Positions 26,330 to 39,415 of a stretch of 64,000 nt of DNA are shown here, one piece after another. Position 1 is the stretch's first letter; each line of letters opens with the position of its first letter. The notes beneath the pieces are model-generated. The model did no database searches, was not told the origin of the DNA, and was given only the letters and a program-made list of their open reading frames with translations. The position numbers were made by a program, and so were the translations under genes. The DNA comes from Schmidtea polychroa (lineage: Eukaryota): assembly GCA_044892525.1 (NCBI GenBank), contig CM097885.1, forward strand, positions 46,997,727 through 47,061,726. The letters are read 5' to 3'.

Positions 26330-29300
26330 ATCTTTTACTTGTAATTTCTCAGGACAAAATGGAAACCATCTAGTTTTATTTTTTATATGATTTTGATATT
26401 TCAAATCCACTTTATAAATATATCCAACTCTAGAACCTTCAACAGATTTTTCATAATTATTTTCTCTAGATCATTTCGTTTCCTCATCTGGTAATTCTTC
26501 AACCATTGCAATTGAATACAAAGAATTAGCATCATAATATCCAAAATAATCCCCAAACTCTTCTTTAACCTCTACAAATCTATAACCATAAACTCCTGAA
26601 ACACCTCTTACACCTTTTTCTACAATTAATTATTGATCAAAGGTATTTTGTTTAAAATATTTTAGTTTATAACCATTCACACTTTTACATTCGAATATTC
26701 TCCAAGATTCTTGAGCATATTCAGAATCTTGATCAGATATATCAGATTGTTTTAAATTGGAATAGAATTTATTCTTTTCAGGTAATTCAGTTTCATTCAT
26801 TATATTTTCAATACAGTGGCGTAACTAGGCGGAGGGGGGGGCAGGGGGGACATTTGTCCCCGAGCGCCAAAATTAGGGGGCGCAAAATTAGGGAAGCCAA
26901 TTTGGAACAAAAATTAAGTAATAAATTATTCTTAAGATCTAAGAGATTAATATATTTTTTATTACTTCATTAGTTTCTTAGAATATCAATTCTATCAATT
27001 GCCAGTTGCGAAAGATCTTTCAGTAAATTAAAATTAATTTTATCGTATTTAAGAGCAGCTATGACTCAAACACGGCTGAACGATTTAGCTCTTCTTAGCA
27101 TAGAAAGAGAAATGTTTGAAAAAATTGATTTTAATGAGATTATAGATATTTTTGCCACGACAAAAGCCAGAAGAATTAATATTTAATGTTAAACTGTATT
27201 TTGTCTAAGTCAATAAATATTATTTATACGCTTATTAAAATCTGTTAAACCTGTTTCGTTATTCGTCATTAATATTCTTTAAAAAAATTAAATTATATAT
27301 ATAAGGGGGCGCTAATTTCTCAGTTGCCCCCAGGCGCAAGAACCTCACGGTACGCCACTGTTTCAATATCCTCAAAGTTTCTTTCTGAAATATATTAATA
27401 TGGATATATTCCTTTGCTAATATTCGCTGTATTAAAATTTTCACTATATACTTCACACTCGACTGGTTTTAAAAATGTTGATAAATAGTCTAAACCAAAA
27501 CTCATTATTCTATACGAATCTAAAAATCTAAGAACTCCAACATTAAATGAAATATACCGTTCATCTGTATTAGCTAAAACTTTTGATATTTTAGGAGTCA
27601 ACTTTAGATAGATTAAATGGTTATCATATCCACTAGCATTATGAAAATAAATAGGTACAAAATTTACCCTTGATGGTTGTAAATCACAAGATCGATGAGC
27701 TGCCCCTCTATAATTATTTTCTTTTTTGAAATGATCATGATCCATAACTTTATAATTTGCGGGAATTAACCTTTCAGGATTTTCAAATCTTTCACCACAA
27801 TAGTAGCACTTGACTGAATTGTTATATTCTTGTTGTTGTTGTCTTATTGTGTTTATTATAAATTTTTTTTTGATATTCTAGAGAATTTCACTTCCAAATC
27901 ATTAATTTTTTCATAATAATATTCAAAATATTCTGATCTTATCAATTCTGGATAATTACTTTTAAATATAATCCAAAACAAAAACCTAATTGTTCTATAT
28001 TATCCCCAGACCTTTTACGACGTAATTTATTCCAAAATTCAAAGTCGGCATAAAAAACAAATGGAACTTTATTTTTAAAAGGATATTCTTTAAAAAATTT
28101 ATGATTATCATGATGAAAAGTTTGATGTTGCTTCCTTGTGTTGTACACAAATCTCCTGATGTTTAAACAATGCACTTTCAGATCTAAATGAAGAGAAACA
28201 CTTGAGACATGGAAATATATGATGAGATATGATGAGATTTATATTTATATTTGTTACCTAGAAACACTGATATATTTTTACACAAAACGTAGTGATCTTT
28301 ATATAATAATAAATTACGACCTTTTGGATTTAATTGTCATCTATAAACCATTTTAAGTTTCTTGTTGTCATCAATTTCAAAAACATTAATCAAAATATCA
28401 GAGTTTTTTCCAAATTTTCCAATTCCTTCTAATGATATTGGCAGGTTTATACCTTGTAAATTTAATTCATCTTCAAATTACTCGATATGAATGTTCTGTA
28501 GTTGAAAAGAGATGAAGGTATACCAAGATTGACCAAACGAAACATTTATTATCGTCTTTAATTTGAATGTTGAGAATAACATTTGGTTTAAATGGAAGTT
28601 TTATAAATGTCCCTCCAACCGGTGTTTTATATTGACTAATATTTAATGATATTTGTTTAATTTCTTTAAAAGACCACCCACTTCCTCTAAGTTCTTCCTC
28701 ATGTATTCTCGTTTTCAAATATGAGATTTGGTTTTCAATTTCTTGTGGTGTTGAATCTTTATCAACAATTATAGATGCTAGTGCAGTATATGATCTTTGA
28801 TAATCTTCATCTTCCTCTTCATTTTTATATATTACTTTCGGGTTTAATTTCTTTAATATATTTATTTTATTTAATGTTCTGTTGTTTAATAATTTCTTTA
28901 CTTTTCTTTTCTTTTCTTCCTTGTACCTTTAGATTTAATTATTTTAATATTTCCAACTGAGGATCCATCACCAACGTTAATTATCCTATCAACAGGTTGA
29001 ATGCGTTTCTTATAAACAACATGTACTCCTACATACAATTTTACTGGGATTTTAAAATGATCAAAGTAATGTTGTAAAATGTCATCAAATCCTTGTACAT
29101 TTAAAATTCTAGAGTTTTGATATGTAAAAATTTAACAGCAGTTAGTTTTTTAAAACTTTCAACTTGTACTATTCCTGGATATTCAAATTTAAATTCTCCC
29201 AATTCAACTGGTCTTGATTCTCTTGATGGTTCATGTCTAATTCCATGTCTTGTATTTAATTCATGTATTTTTGTTATAAGATGATTACTATAATATGTAA

Positions 29301-29379
29301 TCTTGTAATATTTATTACAGTATTCACAAAATGTTTTATATTGAGTGGTTTGAAAAGAATTTTGGCTTTGGCTCATCAT
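26330..29379 (-). pseudogene. Protein-primed DNA polymerase B (Polinton type), fragmented
   Basis: N-terminal C2H2-like finger CEYCNK...H...H, GSGWSF, exo I FYADFE, endonuclease VII-like CYYC...DHDH...YRGAAHRSC, exo II HNASGYDNH, FLDSYR, KGIYPY, motif A YYDANSLY (~26520-26545); motifs B and C are absent. Confidence 0.9.
26814..27360 (+). mobile_element. Non-autonomous hAT nested in pPolB
   Basis: TIRs CAGTGGCGTA / TACGCCACTG; perfect TSD TTTCAATA; retains SIASCERSFSKLKLI...RLNDLALLSIERE...KARR (~26995-27186). Confidence 0.92.
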
Positions 29380-29432
29380 TTCTTTAATTTTAATTTGGTT
29401 GGTTTTAAATTTTAAATTTTAAATTCATTATT

Positions 29433-29960
29433 TTATAAATTTTTAATTTTAGATTTGTATTCCCCTTTCAACTCTTTTATCAATTCTTTTACAACTTGTT
29501 TGGAATCCGTCTTCTTCGAGTATTTAATCCTATTAATATTTTCATTAATTTCAAATATAATTTTATTAGATTCTTGGATTTCATTACTAGTCAAAACTCC
29601 ATCTTCCAATGCCTTCATTTGATTTATTAATCCCTAAAGATAAACTATCACATATTTCTATACAAATCTTTTTTCGTTTTTAAGTCAATCCAATTGAAAT
29701 TCCTTCTGATAAAAATAAATATAAAGCATTTGTAGAAACAAATGTAGAAGCAATAATTCCTGAAACTAGAGGTGCAATTCCAATTAACCCAACACCAGAA
29801 AATACACCAGTTGATATTGTTAATAATCCAGTTATAGAAATACAAGCAATTTTTATACTACTATCAGCTCTAGTCCATCTATTTTTATTTTTTTATGGTG
29901 TATAATCCAGTCGTTCATCTAGTTTTTTCTTTTCTAATAGAAATTCATTTATTCTGTTTA
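29433..29960 (-). pseudogene. Polinton accessory protein with hydrophobic hairpin
   Basis: Frame with stops: SIKIACISITGLLTISTGVFSGVGLIGIAPLVSGIIASTFVSTNALYLF, then KALEDGVLTSNE in the downstream ORF. Confidence 0.5.
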
Positions 29961-30014
29961 TGTTGTTGTTATTATTTTCATTATTAAATTGTAGAGGTAC
30001 TCCTGCTTCAAATA

Positions 30015-30642
30015 ATCCATATGTTTTACTTTCAAACCTTAAAACCGTATGAAAGAAACAAGTATCATTAAATACAATTTGTAAATTTTTAATTGTTAAA
30101 ATACATTTTGAAGTTGGAAAATCTAATTTAATTTCTACATCTCCATTGGTAGATTTTGAAATAGCCACATTTAATTCTTTTATTTCATAAGCTCCAGGTT
30201 CAATTGGTAATATCTTGGCTTGGCCAGTTTCAGTCATCACAGTAAATTTATTATTATTTTTATTAACCACTTGCCGGGCGCGCGCTCAAATATGAGTGCA
30301 AAAAATGTGTACCATTTCGGGCGAGCGCTCACATGTGAGCGCAAACTCATATAGAAAAAATTAGTGAATACAAACTCGGAAAATTAAAAAAAATATTTAC
30401 GTTATATTTTGATTATATACTATTAATTAATGATTTAAAAAAATAGTTTTTTTTTGACCGAAAACATGGAAAAAAACGCCCGGCAAGTGGTTAATATTAA
30501 AATTGCATTATAACAACTAAACCATAGTAAACCCAATTTATAATTATATTCAGGATTTAAATCTATTGGAGCTGGAAAATTTAGATTAAAATCAGATTTT
30601 GTTGATTTGATACATAGTGTGGTTGAATATGTTGTAGACATT
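30015..30642 (-). pseudogene. Polinton minor capsid (penton-like) protein, split by a MITE and truncated
   Basis: MSTTYS...FPAPIDLNPEYNYKLGLLWFSCYNAI continuing after the MITE as NKNNNKF...IEPGAYEIKELN; matches the typical Polinton mCP pattern (from recall). Confidence 0.7.
30267..30490. mobile_element. piggyBac-type MITE
   Basis: TTAA flanks; TIRs CCACTTGCCGGGCG / CGCCCGGCAAGTGG. Confidence 0.9.
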
Positions 30643-30719
30643 ATATTTTCCATTTTTTTTAAACTCATTGTCGCGGACTCTTTTATTTCTTCTTTTTCTC
30701 CTGTCTGGTGATTATTTAC

Positions 30720-31157
30720 GAAGCGTTTCACAAAGGGTTTCACAAGTAGATTCAATCTATACAAAACATACAAACTCAAAACGCCACATATTTTTGTACA
30801 ATCAGGTTTTACTTGAAGATTATTAAAAATATAATCTCCTAAATATTCATCAACTTGCCGAGTAGGTTTAATTCCATACGAATCAAAATAAATCCAAGGT
30901 TTTTCATTTACAAGGTCTTTATTTTCCCTTGATCCTCCACCCCTGATACTCCACCCTTGATGAAAACAAACCCAATGAGATCCATCCTTGCCAGAGTTTT
31001 GATAATTAATTATTTCATTACTCAAGCTTGCATTATTTCTTTTTGTTTTTTCAATTTTCAATTTTAAATTTAAATAATTAACATAATTTTTCAAATCGAA
31101 ATTTGTTTTTGTATCAATTCCAAATGTTTTGAGAAAATTTAATATTGAATAGTTCAT
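30720..31157 (-). CDS. Adenain-like cysteine protease (Polinton PRO)
   Basis: GSHW (His), YFDSYG (Asp), Q...KICG (Gln/Cys); the frame currently runs on into the mCP relic. Confidence 0.85.
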
Positions 31158-31593
31158 TTGGTTTACACTATTACAGCTTGCGTTTTAGGTTTCACTGCTA
31201 TTTTCTAATATATTTTTTAAATTTCTCAAAATTAATCATTCTATATTTTAATACTATTTTAGATATTATGTTTATATCTTGTTGATCATTATTATGCCCT
31301 GCTTTTTTAGCCCCCAATAATTTTCTTAATTCATTAAATAAATTAATAGGGTTTATCAATCCCTTCATTCCTTGACCTTTCTGTACTTTTTCTGTTGGTT
31401 CTTGTACAATGTATTGATCTTGTTCATCAGTTGAATTAAATTCATCCACACTACTCACATTAATATAATTCTTTCCTTTTGATGATCCTTTAACTAATTT
31501 AACAAGATTTAAATAATTCTTAATTTCTTGTTTGTTTATTAAAAAGAGAGTTTGAAGACTATAAATCAGTAATATATCGATGTTTGTTGATAC

Positions 31594-31626
31594 TCACGAA
31601 TTTTCGGCACTGCCTTTTTCAAGTGA
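31594..31626 (-). ncRNA. Minimal hammerhead motif, U3-A8 variant
   Basis: Minus strand TCAC-TTGAAAA-A-GGC AGT GCC-GAAA-ATTC-GTGA. Confidence 0.6.
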
Positions 31627-31629
31627 AAT

Positions 31630-31662
31630 TCACTTGAAAAAGGCAATGCCGAAAATTCGTGA
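31630..31662 (+). ncRNA. Minimal hammerhead motif, U3-A8 variant
   Basis: TCAC-TTGAAAA-A-GGC AAT GCC-GAAA-ATTC-GTGA. Confidence 0.6.
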
Positions 31663-31669
31663 GTATTAA

Positions 31670-31883
31670 CCCTCCAGAGGGCGCGTTGGGTCTCACAGAC
31701 CCAGACGATCTTTTTTTGCGTAAAAATAATGTAAAAGCTTGTTTATAAAGTAATAAATCTTTTAAAATTTAATATTGCTTTATTTTGCCAATCAATAAGT
31801 CTATAAATCATGAGAAAACAATATTGGGTCTGTGAGACCCAACGCCGCATCCATGTAATTTTTTTAGCGCGCGCTCTGCAGGG
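31670..31883. mobile_element. piggyBac-type MITE nested in the palindromic insertion
   Basis: TTAA flanks; TIRs CCCTCCAGAG.GCGCG / CGCGCGCTCTGCAGGG. Confidence 0.85.
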
Positions 31884-32587
31884 TTAACAAACATCGATTT
31901 ATTATTGATTTATAGTCTTCAAACTCTCTTTTTAATAAATTCAATGGAAAAAATAATCAGTGGTAAAACTGGAAGAAATAAAAGTTCTTATAATAATTCT
32001 TGTTTGTTGTCTGAATTGTTTCCTTTGATTAAATTATCCAAGTCTTGCGTATATTCTTGTTTATATTTTAAATTTTCAGAATATAAATATGGTTGTTCAT
32101 CAAACATACATAATACAAATTCATGATCATTAATTTTAATAGTCGAGAATTTTGCTCCTTTGTAAGTTTTGATTCCAAAAGAAGGTGCGATTGTTTGTGT
32201 TAATACTCCTGGTTTAATTTCAGTTTTAATTTTAAATGGTTTAATGTTTGAAATAAAGTTTTCTTCTTCTTTTTCTTTTTCTTTACCATCTTTATCAGTA
32301 TCGGGTGTATAAACTTGCAAATATTTTTGATTATTATTTTGATTTATTTTTCCCTCGATAGCTTTTAATTCATGCTTATTGTTAATAGCTCCAATAGCTT
32401 TAATAGTTGGTACTTGATGTTTTGTTCAATCGCTTTTTTATTATATTCATCTTGTTCCAAAACTAGTTTTTTTATGCAGCTAATCTTGACTCTAATACCA
32501 TTTCAAAGTCTATTCCTGCAAGCTATTTTTCAAAGTTCATTTTTAATTATTTTTATTTATTTTTTAATTAATTTTGTGGATATGGTT

Positions 32588-33151
32588 TTAAAAATAAACC
32601 AAACCTATGTTTACTTGTTTAATTTTACAAATACAGCCTTGCTTTAAATTTTTACATGTTTCTTTTAATTTATGCTTTTGATCTTGTTTTAAATCTGAAT
32701 TTTTAATTTGATTTACAAGAAAATCATTTATAAATCGAACAAGTTCTTTTGGAAGTATTAGTGAATCACCCTTTGAAGTACCTATTAGCGAAGTAGCTAT
32801 TAAACCATTTAAACCTGTTCCACTTTTAGGTTTTAGCGAAGTATCCTTTAATTTATCAATTTCTTGTTGTAATTTTTGTTTTTCCAAATCAGTTTTTGAG
32901 CTTCTTTTGATTTTTGTACTATTGTAGCAATTCCTCCAGCTATACTTGATAAACCTGCTTTTATAGATGGAATTAATGCTGCCAAAGGTAAAAGTCCTCC
33001 ATTTTCTCTTGTTCTTGTTTTATTTTATCTTTAACATTTTTCCAATCCAATATCTTTTATCATCTATAACAACACTTGCGGATTTGTTGGAATTAATTAA
33101 ATTCCAAAGTTCTTTTTCCTGTTGTGTTGATTTGTTTTGTTCCTGTTCCAT
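32588..33151 (-). pseudogene. Polinton core protein with adenovirus pX-like motif
   Basis: ATG at 33151; frameshifted; contains ENGGLLPLAALIPSIKAGLSSIAGGIATIV, similar to the adenoviral pX GGFLPALIP segment. Confidence 0.55.
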
Positions 33152-33179
33152 TTTTTACATCTTAAAAATAGCTTGCAGG

Positions 33180-33437
33180 ATGGTTAATATTTTACATGTT
33201 TTAAAAAAAAACAAAAGTAAATTTATCAACAAGATTTTTCCTAATAATTTCAGATTATTAATTTTTGGATCATCTGGATGTGGTAAAAATGCACTCTTGT
33301 TCAAAATATTGTTGGAAGATGGTTTCATAGATTATAATAATTTAATATTTTTTTCTACAACTATAAATCAACCAGAAGTACAATTATTAAAAATAGGATT
33401 TCAAAAAGGTTTAACAAAGCAAGGTACTAAAATTTAA
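33180..33437 (+). pseudogene. A32-like packaging ATPase, N-terminal fragment
   Basis: FPNNFRLLIFGSSGCGKNALLFKILL (Walker A)...DYNNLIFFSTTINQP; truncated at an AT-rich hairpin (33430-33672). Confidence 0.8.
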
Positions 33438-34250
33438 TTATTATTTTTGTTTTTATGAATTTAAAATTATTTATTTTTAAAACAATATTTGGGAAATGTG
33501 TTTATTATTATCAAGATTTAATTTTGAATTTATTTTCTCCATTTTCTTTAATAAATAATTAAAAATTTAAATATAAATAATATTTAATTAAATTTTAGTA
33601 AAATATTAGTAAAATATTGTTTTAAAAATAAATAATTTTAAATTCATAAAAACAAAAATAGTAATTAAATTTTCATTAAGTTGTAAAAATTTACATTTTT
33701 ATAGTAAAAATATTATAGAAAATATAATAAAATTGCCCCCGAGAGGATAGTGGTTATTATTTTTTTACCGCTATCCCCTCAGAAGTTTTTTTATGATCCG
33801 GAACATCTTTTTTTACCTCTTTAGTGTATCAAATCAATTCAATATACAAGCTGGCCATACGAAAGTACAAATGAATTTGAAAGCGAATTCGAAAGAGGTT
33901 AAAAAGGCTAAAACACTACTACTATCAATCGTGTTTATATTGTCTGGAATTCGTTATTGCTGTCAACCAAGGCACACTTTAGAGTGTGATCAATAATTGT
34001 TAATTTAACATTTCACCAATATATATTAACAAAATTTTTTTGAGGTGAAACTTTAGAAAATTTGACTGATTTTTATTTTCAACAATAAAAACTTAATTAA
34101 AATTCCTTAAAACTTTTATTCTAGGACTTAATACAAACTCAAATAAAAAATATCTACAAGACTAAAACAAACTAATTTCCAATTAACTATTACATTCTAA
34201 GAGTAAATTGAATTTAAATGTCTTATAGTGTGAAAAATGATATTTTAATC

Positions 34251-34474
<224 letters not shown>

Positions 34475-35106
34475 TAATCAGATATTGTTTTACTAGTCGA
34501 AAACAAAAATTTTAATTTAAAAATATTTCGTTGAATTAGTTTTTTATAAACATGAAATAAATGTTGCCTAAAATCTTTAAAAATAAAAAAATTACATTTC
34601 CAGATATCAAATGCAATTACTTTCATATTTTATACATTTTTACCAGTACCACAAAATCATCAAAATTCTTCATTGCAGTTTAGAAATGCATTTGGAAAAT
34701 AAATAGTTATTTATTAAACTTTTGATTTGATGAAATTTAAAATTATTCAATAAAACCAAAAGTAAATAATAATCTACTAGATTTGTGATATTTACAACAA
34801 CACAAAACTACAAATTAATGTCCAAATGCTGCTCCAAAATTAATCAAATTGAAAGGGGACATTATGGAAATATTTGAAACCGTTCTAGAAAACCGAAAAA
34901 AGATATTAAATCAAATTAAGGTAAATCCATAAAATCCAAAAAATTGAAACAAATTAAAATAAAGTAAAAAATATAGCACTAATATTATTGACAGGTCTTT
35001 GACCTTTGTGAATATATTTGATGGGAGAAGACACCTTGATACCTGTTAGAGGTTATTTTAAAGTGTTAGTAATTTAGGAATTAAAATAATTACAACATAA
35101 AGTAGG

Positions 35107-35380
35107 TTTCATGATAATCTGTCGTGTGAAATTAAATTCCTGTGGAATTAATTTCCAAAAATAATAAATAAATACAAAGTACCCTTGCGAGCAGTACCCA
35201 TATGGAGACAAAATATCTTGTTGGATAAACTCTGAGTATATATAATAAAACTATATATAATAATAATAATAATAATCATAATGTGTTTGTTAATTGCAAA
35301 AGACACTCACAATTAGTTTGATATATGTTTTGGAAGTTAATTCCACGGGAAATCAATTTCACACGACAGTTTTCATGACA
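35107..35380. mobile_element. MITE with ~50-bp imperfect TIRs
   Basis: TCATGATAATCTGTCGTGTGAAATT...GTGGAATTAATTTCCAAAA is mirrored at 35328-35378; TSD not resolved. Confidence 0.65.
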
Positions 35381-35408
35381 AATATATTAAATATTATTAT
35401 TAACTTAA

Positions 35409-35631
35409 CCCTTAAATGCATGATTTTTGTATTGCATTAAAAAAAGTTTTATGTTCACAATTATTATTCATAAAAAACAGACAAAAACATAGATTTTATT
35501 TTTAATTTCACTTAAATCCATAGACAGGCTGTTTATCTTATTGCCAGACTAAAAAAATATATCGCTGTCATTAATCATAAATAATTATATATTTGGTACG
35601 ATCGAAATTTCCATCATAGTGCATTTAAGGG
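35409..35631. mobile_element. piggyBac-type MITE
   Basis: TTAA flanks; TIRs CCCTTAAATGCA / TGCATTTAAGGG. Confidence 0.85.
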
Positions 35632-35680
35632 TTAACTTTGTTTGCAGTTCCTGGATGCTTAAAGAATCATGCCTTTACAG

Positions 35681-36117
35681 GTTCTAGGGCAATTCGTTGC
35701 AGGACATTCGTCGTGGACAATTAATTTCAAAGACAACATAAAAATTGGAAAAATAGATGTTTCTATTAATTTTTTTATAAATTATTTGAATATTAAAATA
35801 TGATAAATTTTAATTTTTTAAATTTATTTTTCTTAGATTTTTCTTATGTTATGGAATTGGGTTCAAATTGATAAAAAATTGTCAAAATTTATAAAAATAA
35901 CAAATAATTACCCATTAAGACTGACTTATTCTTATTTAGTTATTGGTATAAATTATAATTATTATTTTATACTTAAAGTATAACATTTATAATAGTATAG
36001 GTTTGCTTGATTATATACATATAATATTAATAACACAATAAATGATTTATTTTATTGTTTTCATAAGTATTAAAAATTTCCGCTTCGAATTGTCCTGCGC
36101 CGAATTGTCTGGTCACC
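35681..36117. mobile_element. Mutator-like MITE
   Basis: Imperfect TIRs with CAATTCG...GCAGGACA; 9-bp TSD CCTTTACAG/CCTTTAAAG. Confidence 0.6.
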
Positions 36118-37385
36118 CCTTTAAAGTAAATTATATTGTTTAATTTGTATTTTCTTACACTCTTATTAACTTTTTGCATTATTTTACAAACATTACTATC
36201 GACCAATATGTATGGTCTAGTATGGAAAGATTCTTTAGAAACCCCTGACCTTTTGTGAAAGTCATGACGAGTGAGTGGGCAACACCGAATCAAGTGACGC
36301 ATCGGACAAAATGTTTTACTGAATAAAATGGGCTGTCATGAAAAATAAGAAAATACAAACAAAATTGAAATTATAAAATTAAATAAATAACAGTAGCAAT
36401 TTGTAACAAACAATTAAAAAAAGAAATAACATTTAATAATAACATTTTTATTCAAACGACTCAAAACTTTAATAATTTACTACTTTTAATTTATAAGTAG
36501 CGAAAAAATAAACAAAAACATCAAATTATTACAAACATTAAATAAAAACAAAATTTATTTTAGAATTAAATAAAAAAGTAATTTCCCAACATCTGCAAAA
36601 AACTATTTTTAATGTTACTTAATACAAAATAGTTAATTGTTTTCGTTTGATGTATATAAACAAAAATTATTAGGGATAACCTTAAAATCTTTTCAAATCC
36701 TTAATCAAATACTTTTACTAACGTTCAAACTTCGTGTAAAAAAGATTTGAGGTTAACATTAAGAATTTTTTAAACTAAAAATTTATATAAAATTAGCATA
36801 AATAGTTAATGTCTATTTCTAATATTTACTCTACTTGTTTTTCAGTACGCATAAATTTTTCGCATGAAATTAAACAAATTATAAATGATTATAAAATAGA
36901 AATATTAAGAATTTTTGAGAGGTATATCCTAGAATAATTATTTTGATATAGAAATATATTACTCATTTTAAATTTTATGATGAATTTTTTTATGTTTTTT
37001 TATTAACAATGTTTTCCCTTAAGCCAGGATGTCAAACCTATTTTGATTAGGGACCAATGGCAAAATTTCCCAACAAGAGCGTGGCGAACAATTTCTTTTA
37101 ATTTATCGTAATGTTATGCCTAACAATAACTAAACCAATTTTAGTTTCATTATTTCATATTTATAATAATCGTTAATAATTAGTATGATAAAATATAGCC
37201 AACAATATATTTATTAATAAATTAAAACAACACAGACTAAAACATCTGGGATAGAAAACGGCACGAACATTTAATGCGAAGATAAATATATATCGAATCG
37301 TAAATGAAGTATTTTAAAGGTAGCATAGTGGTTAATTGTTAATTTTTTTAAAATTTAATTAATGCTGCTACCTAGTAATCATCAC

Positions 37386-37545
<160 letters not shown>

Positions 37546-39243
37546 TAGATTGCATTCAAGATTAAAAAATAAAGATAAATTGCAAATATATATTTATGAA
37601 ATTTTGTATAGAAAATTTTGAAAATTTTGAAATACTCAAATAACAATTTAAAAGAGGATAGAGGTAATTGTTGAAAGGAACATAAAACAAAGTTTCATGA
37701 AGCACCAATTAAATCGACAAAAAGTATTCTTTCTATGGTTATAAGTTACTTTTTTATTATAAAGTGAAACTTTTATTTTGTAATCACGCATGATTTAGAA
37801 TTAATTGATCCGGGTTATGATCTAGATTATGATCCAGGATTTAGAGTGTATTAGTAATATAAATAAAGTTTCAATTTTGTTTTAATGAAATTTGAATAGG
37901 AAATAGGTTAGGAAACAGATTTAAACTTAAGTATAAATAAATAATATATAAATAAATAATTAATCTGTCAATAATAATTAATAATTATTTTCCTAGATTA
38001 TTAATAATATAAATTCTAAAAATGATTTTTAGGTAATATAAATATATAATTTTCACCCTACAGAATTTTTTATTTCAGTAATATTTTATCTAAATTACAT
38101 TGAAAGATTTCGCTGTGACTTAAATTATATCTACTCCATTTGAGTTTTGGACAAACGATCAAGCTTGCACATTTGCCTCTAGGAATTCTCCTAATTAGGA
38201 ATCAAAAATTGTTTGATAAAATTGATTTTATCTTTCTCTTCTGGGATAAAGTTTTGGAAAATGAATATTTTCTCATCAAATTTTCATTGCGTTACATTTT
38301 TGAATTTAAAATTCCAATCTGAAAATTTTGTTGTACTTATCAAATTGTTTTCTTGTTAACAAATTAATTTTTTTAATTTGTTTTAAATAATAAACAAATT
38401 ATAAACAAGCTTTCAATAATTAACATAAAAATTTCATATATTTTACAAAAAAATTATAATAGGTCCACCCAAAAATATTATTCAATTTTCAATTTCATTT
38501 CCAAGATTGTAATTCTTTTCGATTCCTTTAAGAAAAAAAACATTTGCTTCACTTTGTTAAAGTTATTACGTTGTTTCTTTATCTGACCAAGAGTAGCAAG
38601 ATAAGGAGAATTCATTATCATTTATAGAGACAAATTTTCACCATTTTGCAATTATCCTTTCTAGTTTAATATTTTAATCCACCTCTGATTAATTTGATTT
38701 CCCTTATCTTAATAAGAATAAATTAACTTTAATATTTTAATCCCTTCATTGTCAATCAACGATTTTTGTTAGTCTCATTATAATGATTACAATGTTTAAA
38801 ACTAATTTTTAATTTAATTATTTGTTTAATTATTCTCTATCTTTAATCGTGACTTCTAGTGACTTCTTGTTATGTAAAAATAATTTTATGTTCCCGTATT
38901 TCATTTGTTAATTTTCATTTTTTAATCATTTAATTAATTTTGAATTAATTTTGTGTGATATAATTTTTTTTATTATCTTTGTGTTTCATTTGTATTAAAT
39001 ATATTATTCACAGCAAAACGCTTAAATTATCATTTAATTGTTTAAAATTTAATTAATGCTACTAACAAGTAATCATCACTTTATACATAAAACAAATAGA
39101 ATGAAAAACAATAATAAAAAATTTAATCAATCAAAATCTCACTATTTTCCTGGGCAATATTATGAGTATGGGGCTACTGAAAACTAAAGATTAATTTCAA
39201 GTCGATGGGTTTATTAGATAATAAAATTGCAAAATTAGTATTA

Positions 39244-39415
39244 CACCCATCCCTCGCTTAACGAAAAGTCTTTTTACGAAATTTCGCTATAACGTAATTT
39301 CAAAATTAAACCAAAGTCTCAGTTTACATAATAAATAGAATTTACGAAAATCGAAATTTCATTTTACGAACAACTTTTTGTGAACAAATTAATCTCGTTT
39401 AGCAAGGGATTGATG
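39244..39415. mobile_element. Tc1/mariner (pogo/Tigger-like) MITE
   Basis: TA flanks; imperfect TIRs CACCCATCCCTCGCTTAACGA / TCGTTTAGCAAGGGATTGATG. A separate Tigger-like right end (...TATAAGCGAAATCTACTGTA) ends ~39839. Confidence 0.6.

Larger units (their letters stand above)
31537..31996. mobile_element. Palindromic hammerhead-bearing insertion (Penelope-like derivative)
   Basis: 12-bp TSD TTCTTGTTTGTT (31525-31536, 31997-32008); long inverted repeat plus an unpaired tail; second copy at ~48581-48795. Confidence 0.75.
31198..32320 (-). pseudogene. Polinton conserved hypothetical protein interrupted by an insertion
   Basis: Removing 31537-31996 plus one TSD copy joins ORF 31988-32320 in frame to ORF 31198-31458 (...DNKQEIKNYLNLVK...GQGMKGLINPINLFNELRKLLGAKKAGHNN). 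Confidence 0.6.
26270..33437 (-). mobile_element. Decayed Polinton/Maverick (adintovirus-like) endogenous element
   Basis: Cluster of pPolB, minor capsid, adenain-like protease, pX-like and packaging ATPase relics; termini, major capsid and integrase not seen. Confidence 0.9.

Noticed and set aside
34781..34920. Exon-like segment with AG and GTAAAT boundaries
   Set aside because: No frame is clearly open end to end and no product is recognisable.
38100..38320. Possible downstream exon of the PDZ gene
   Set aside because: Stops interrupt the minus-strand frames after the putative acceptor.
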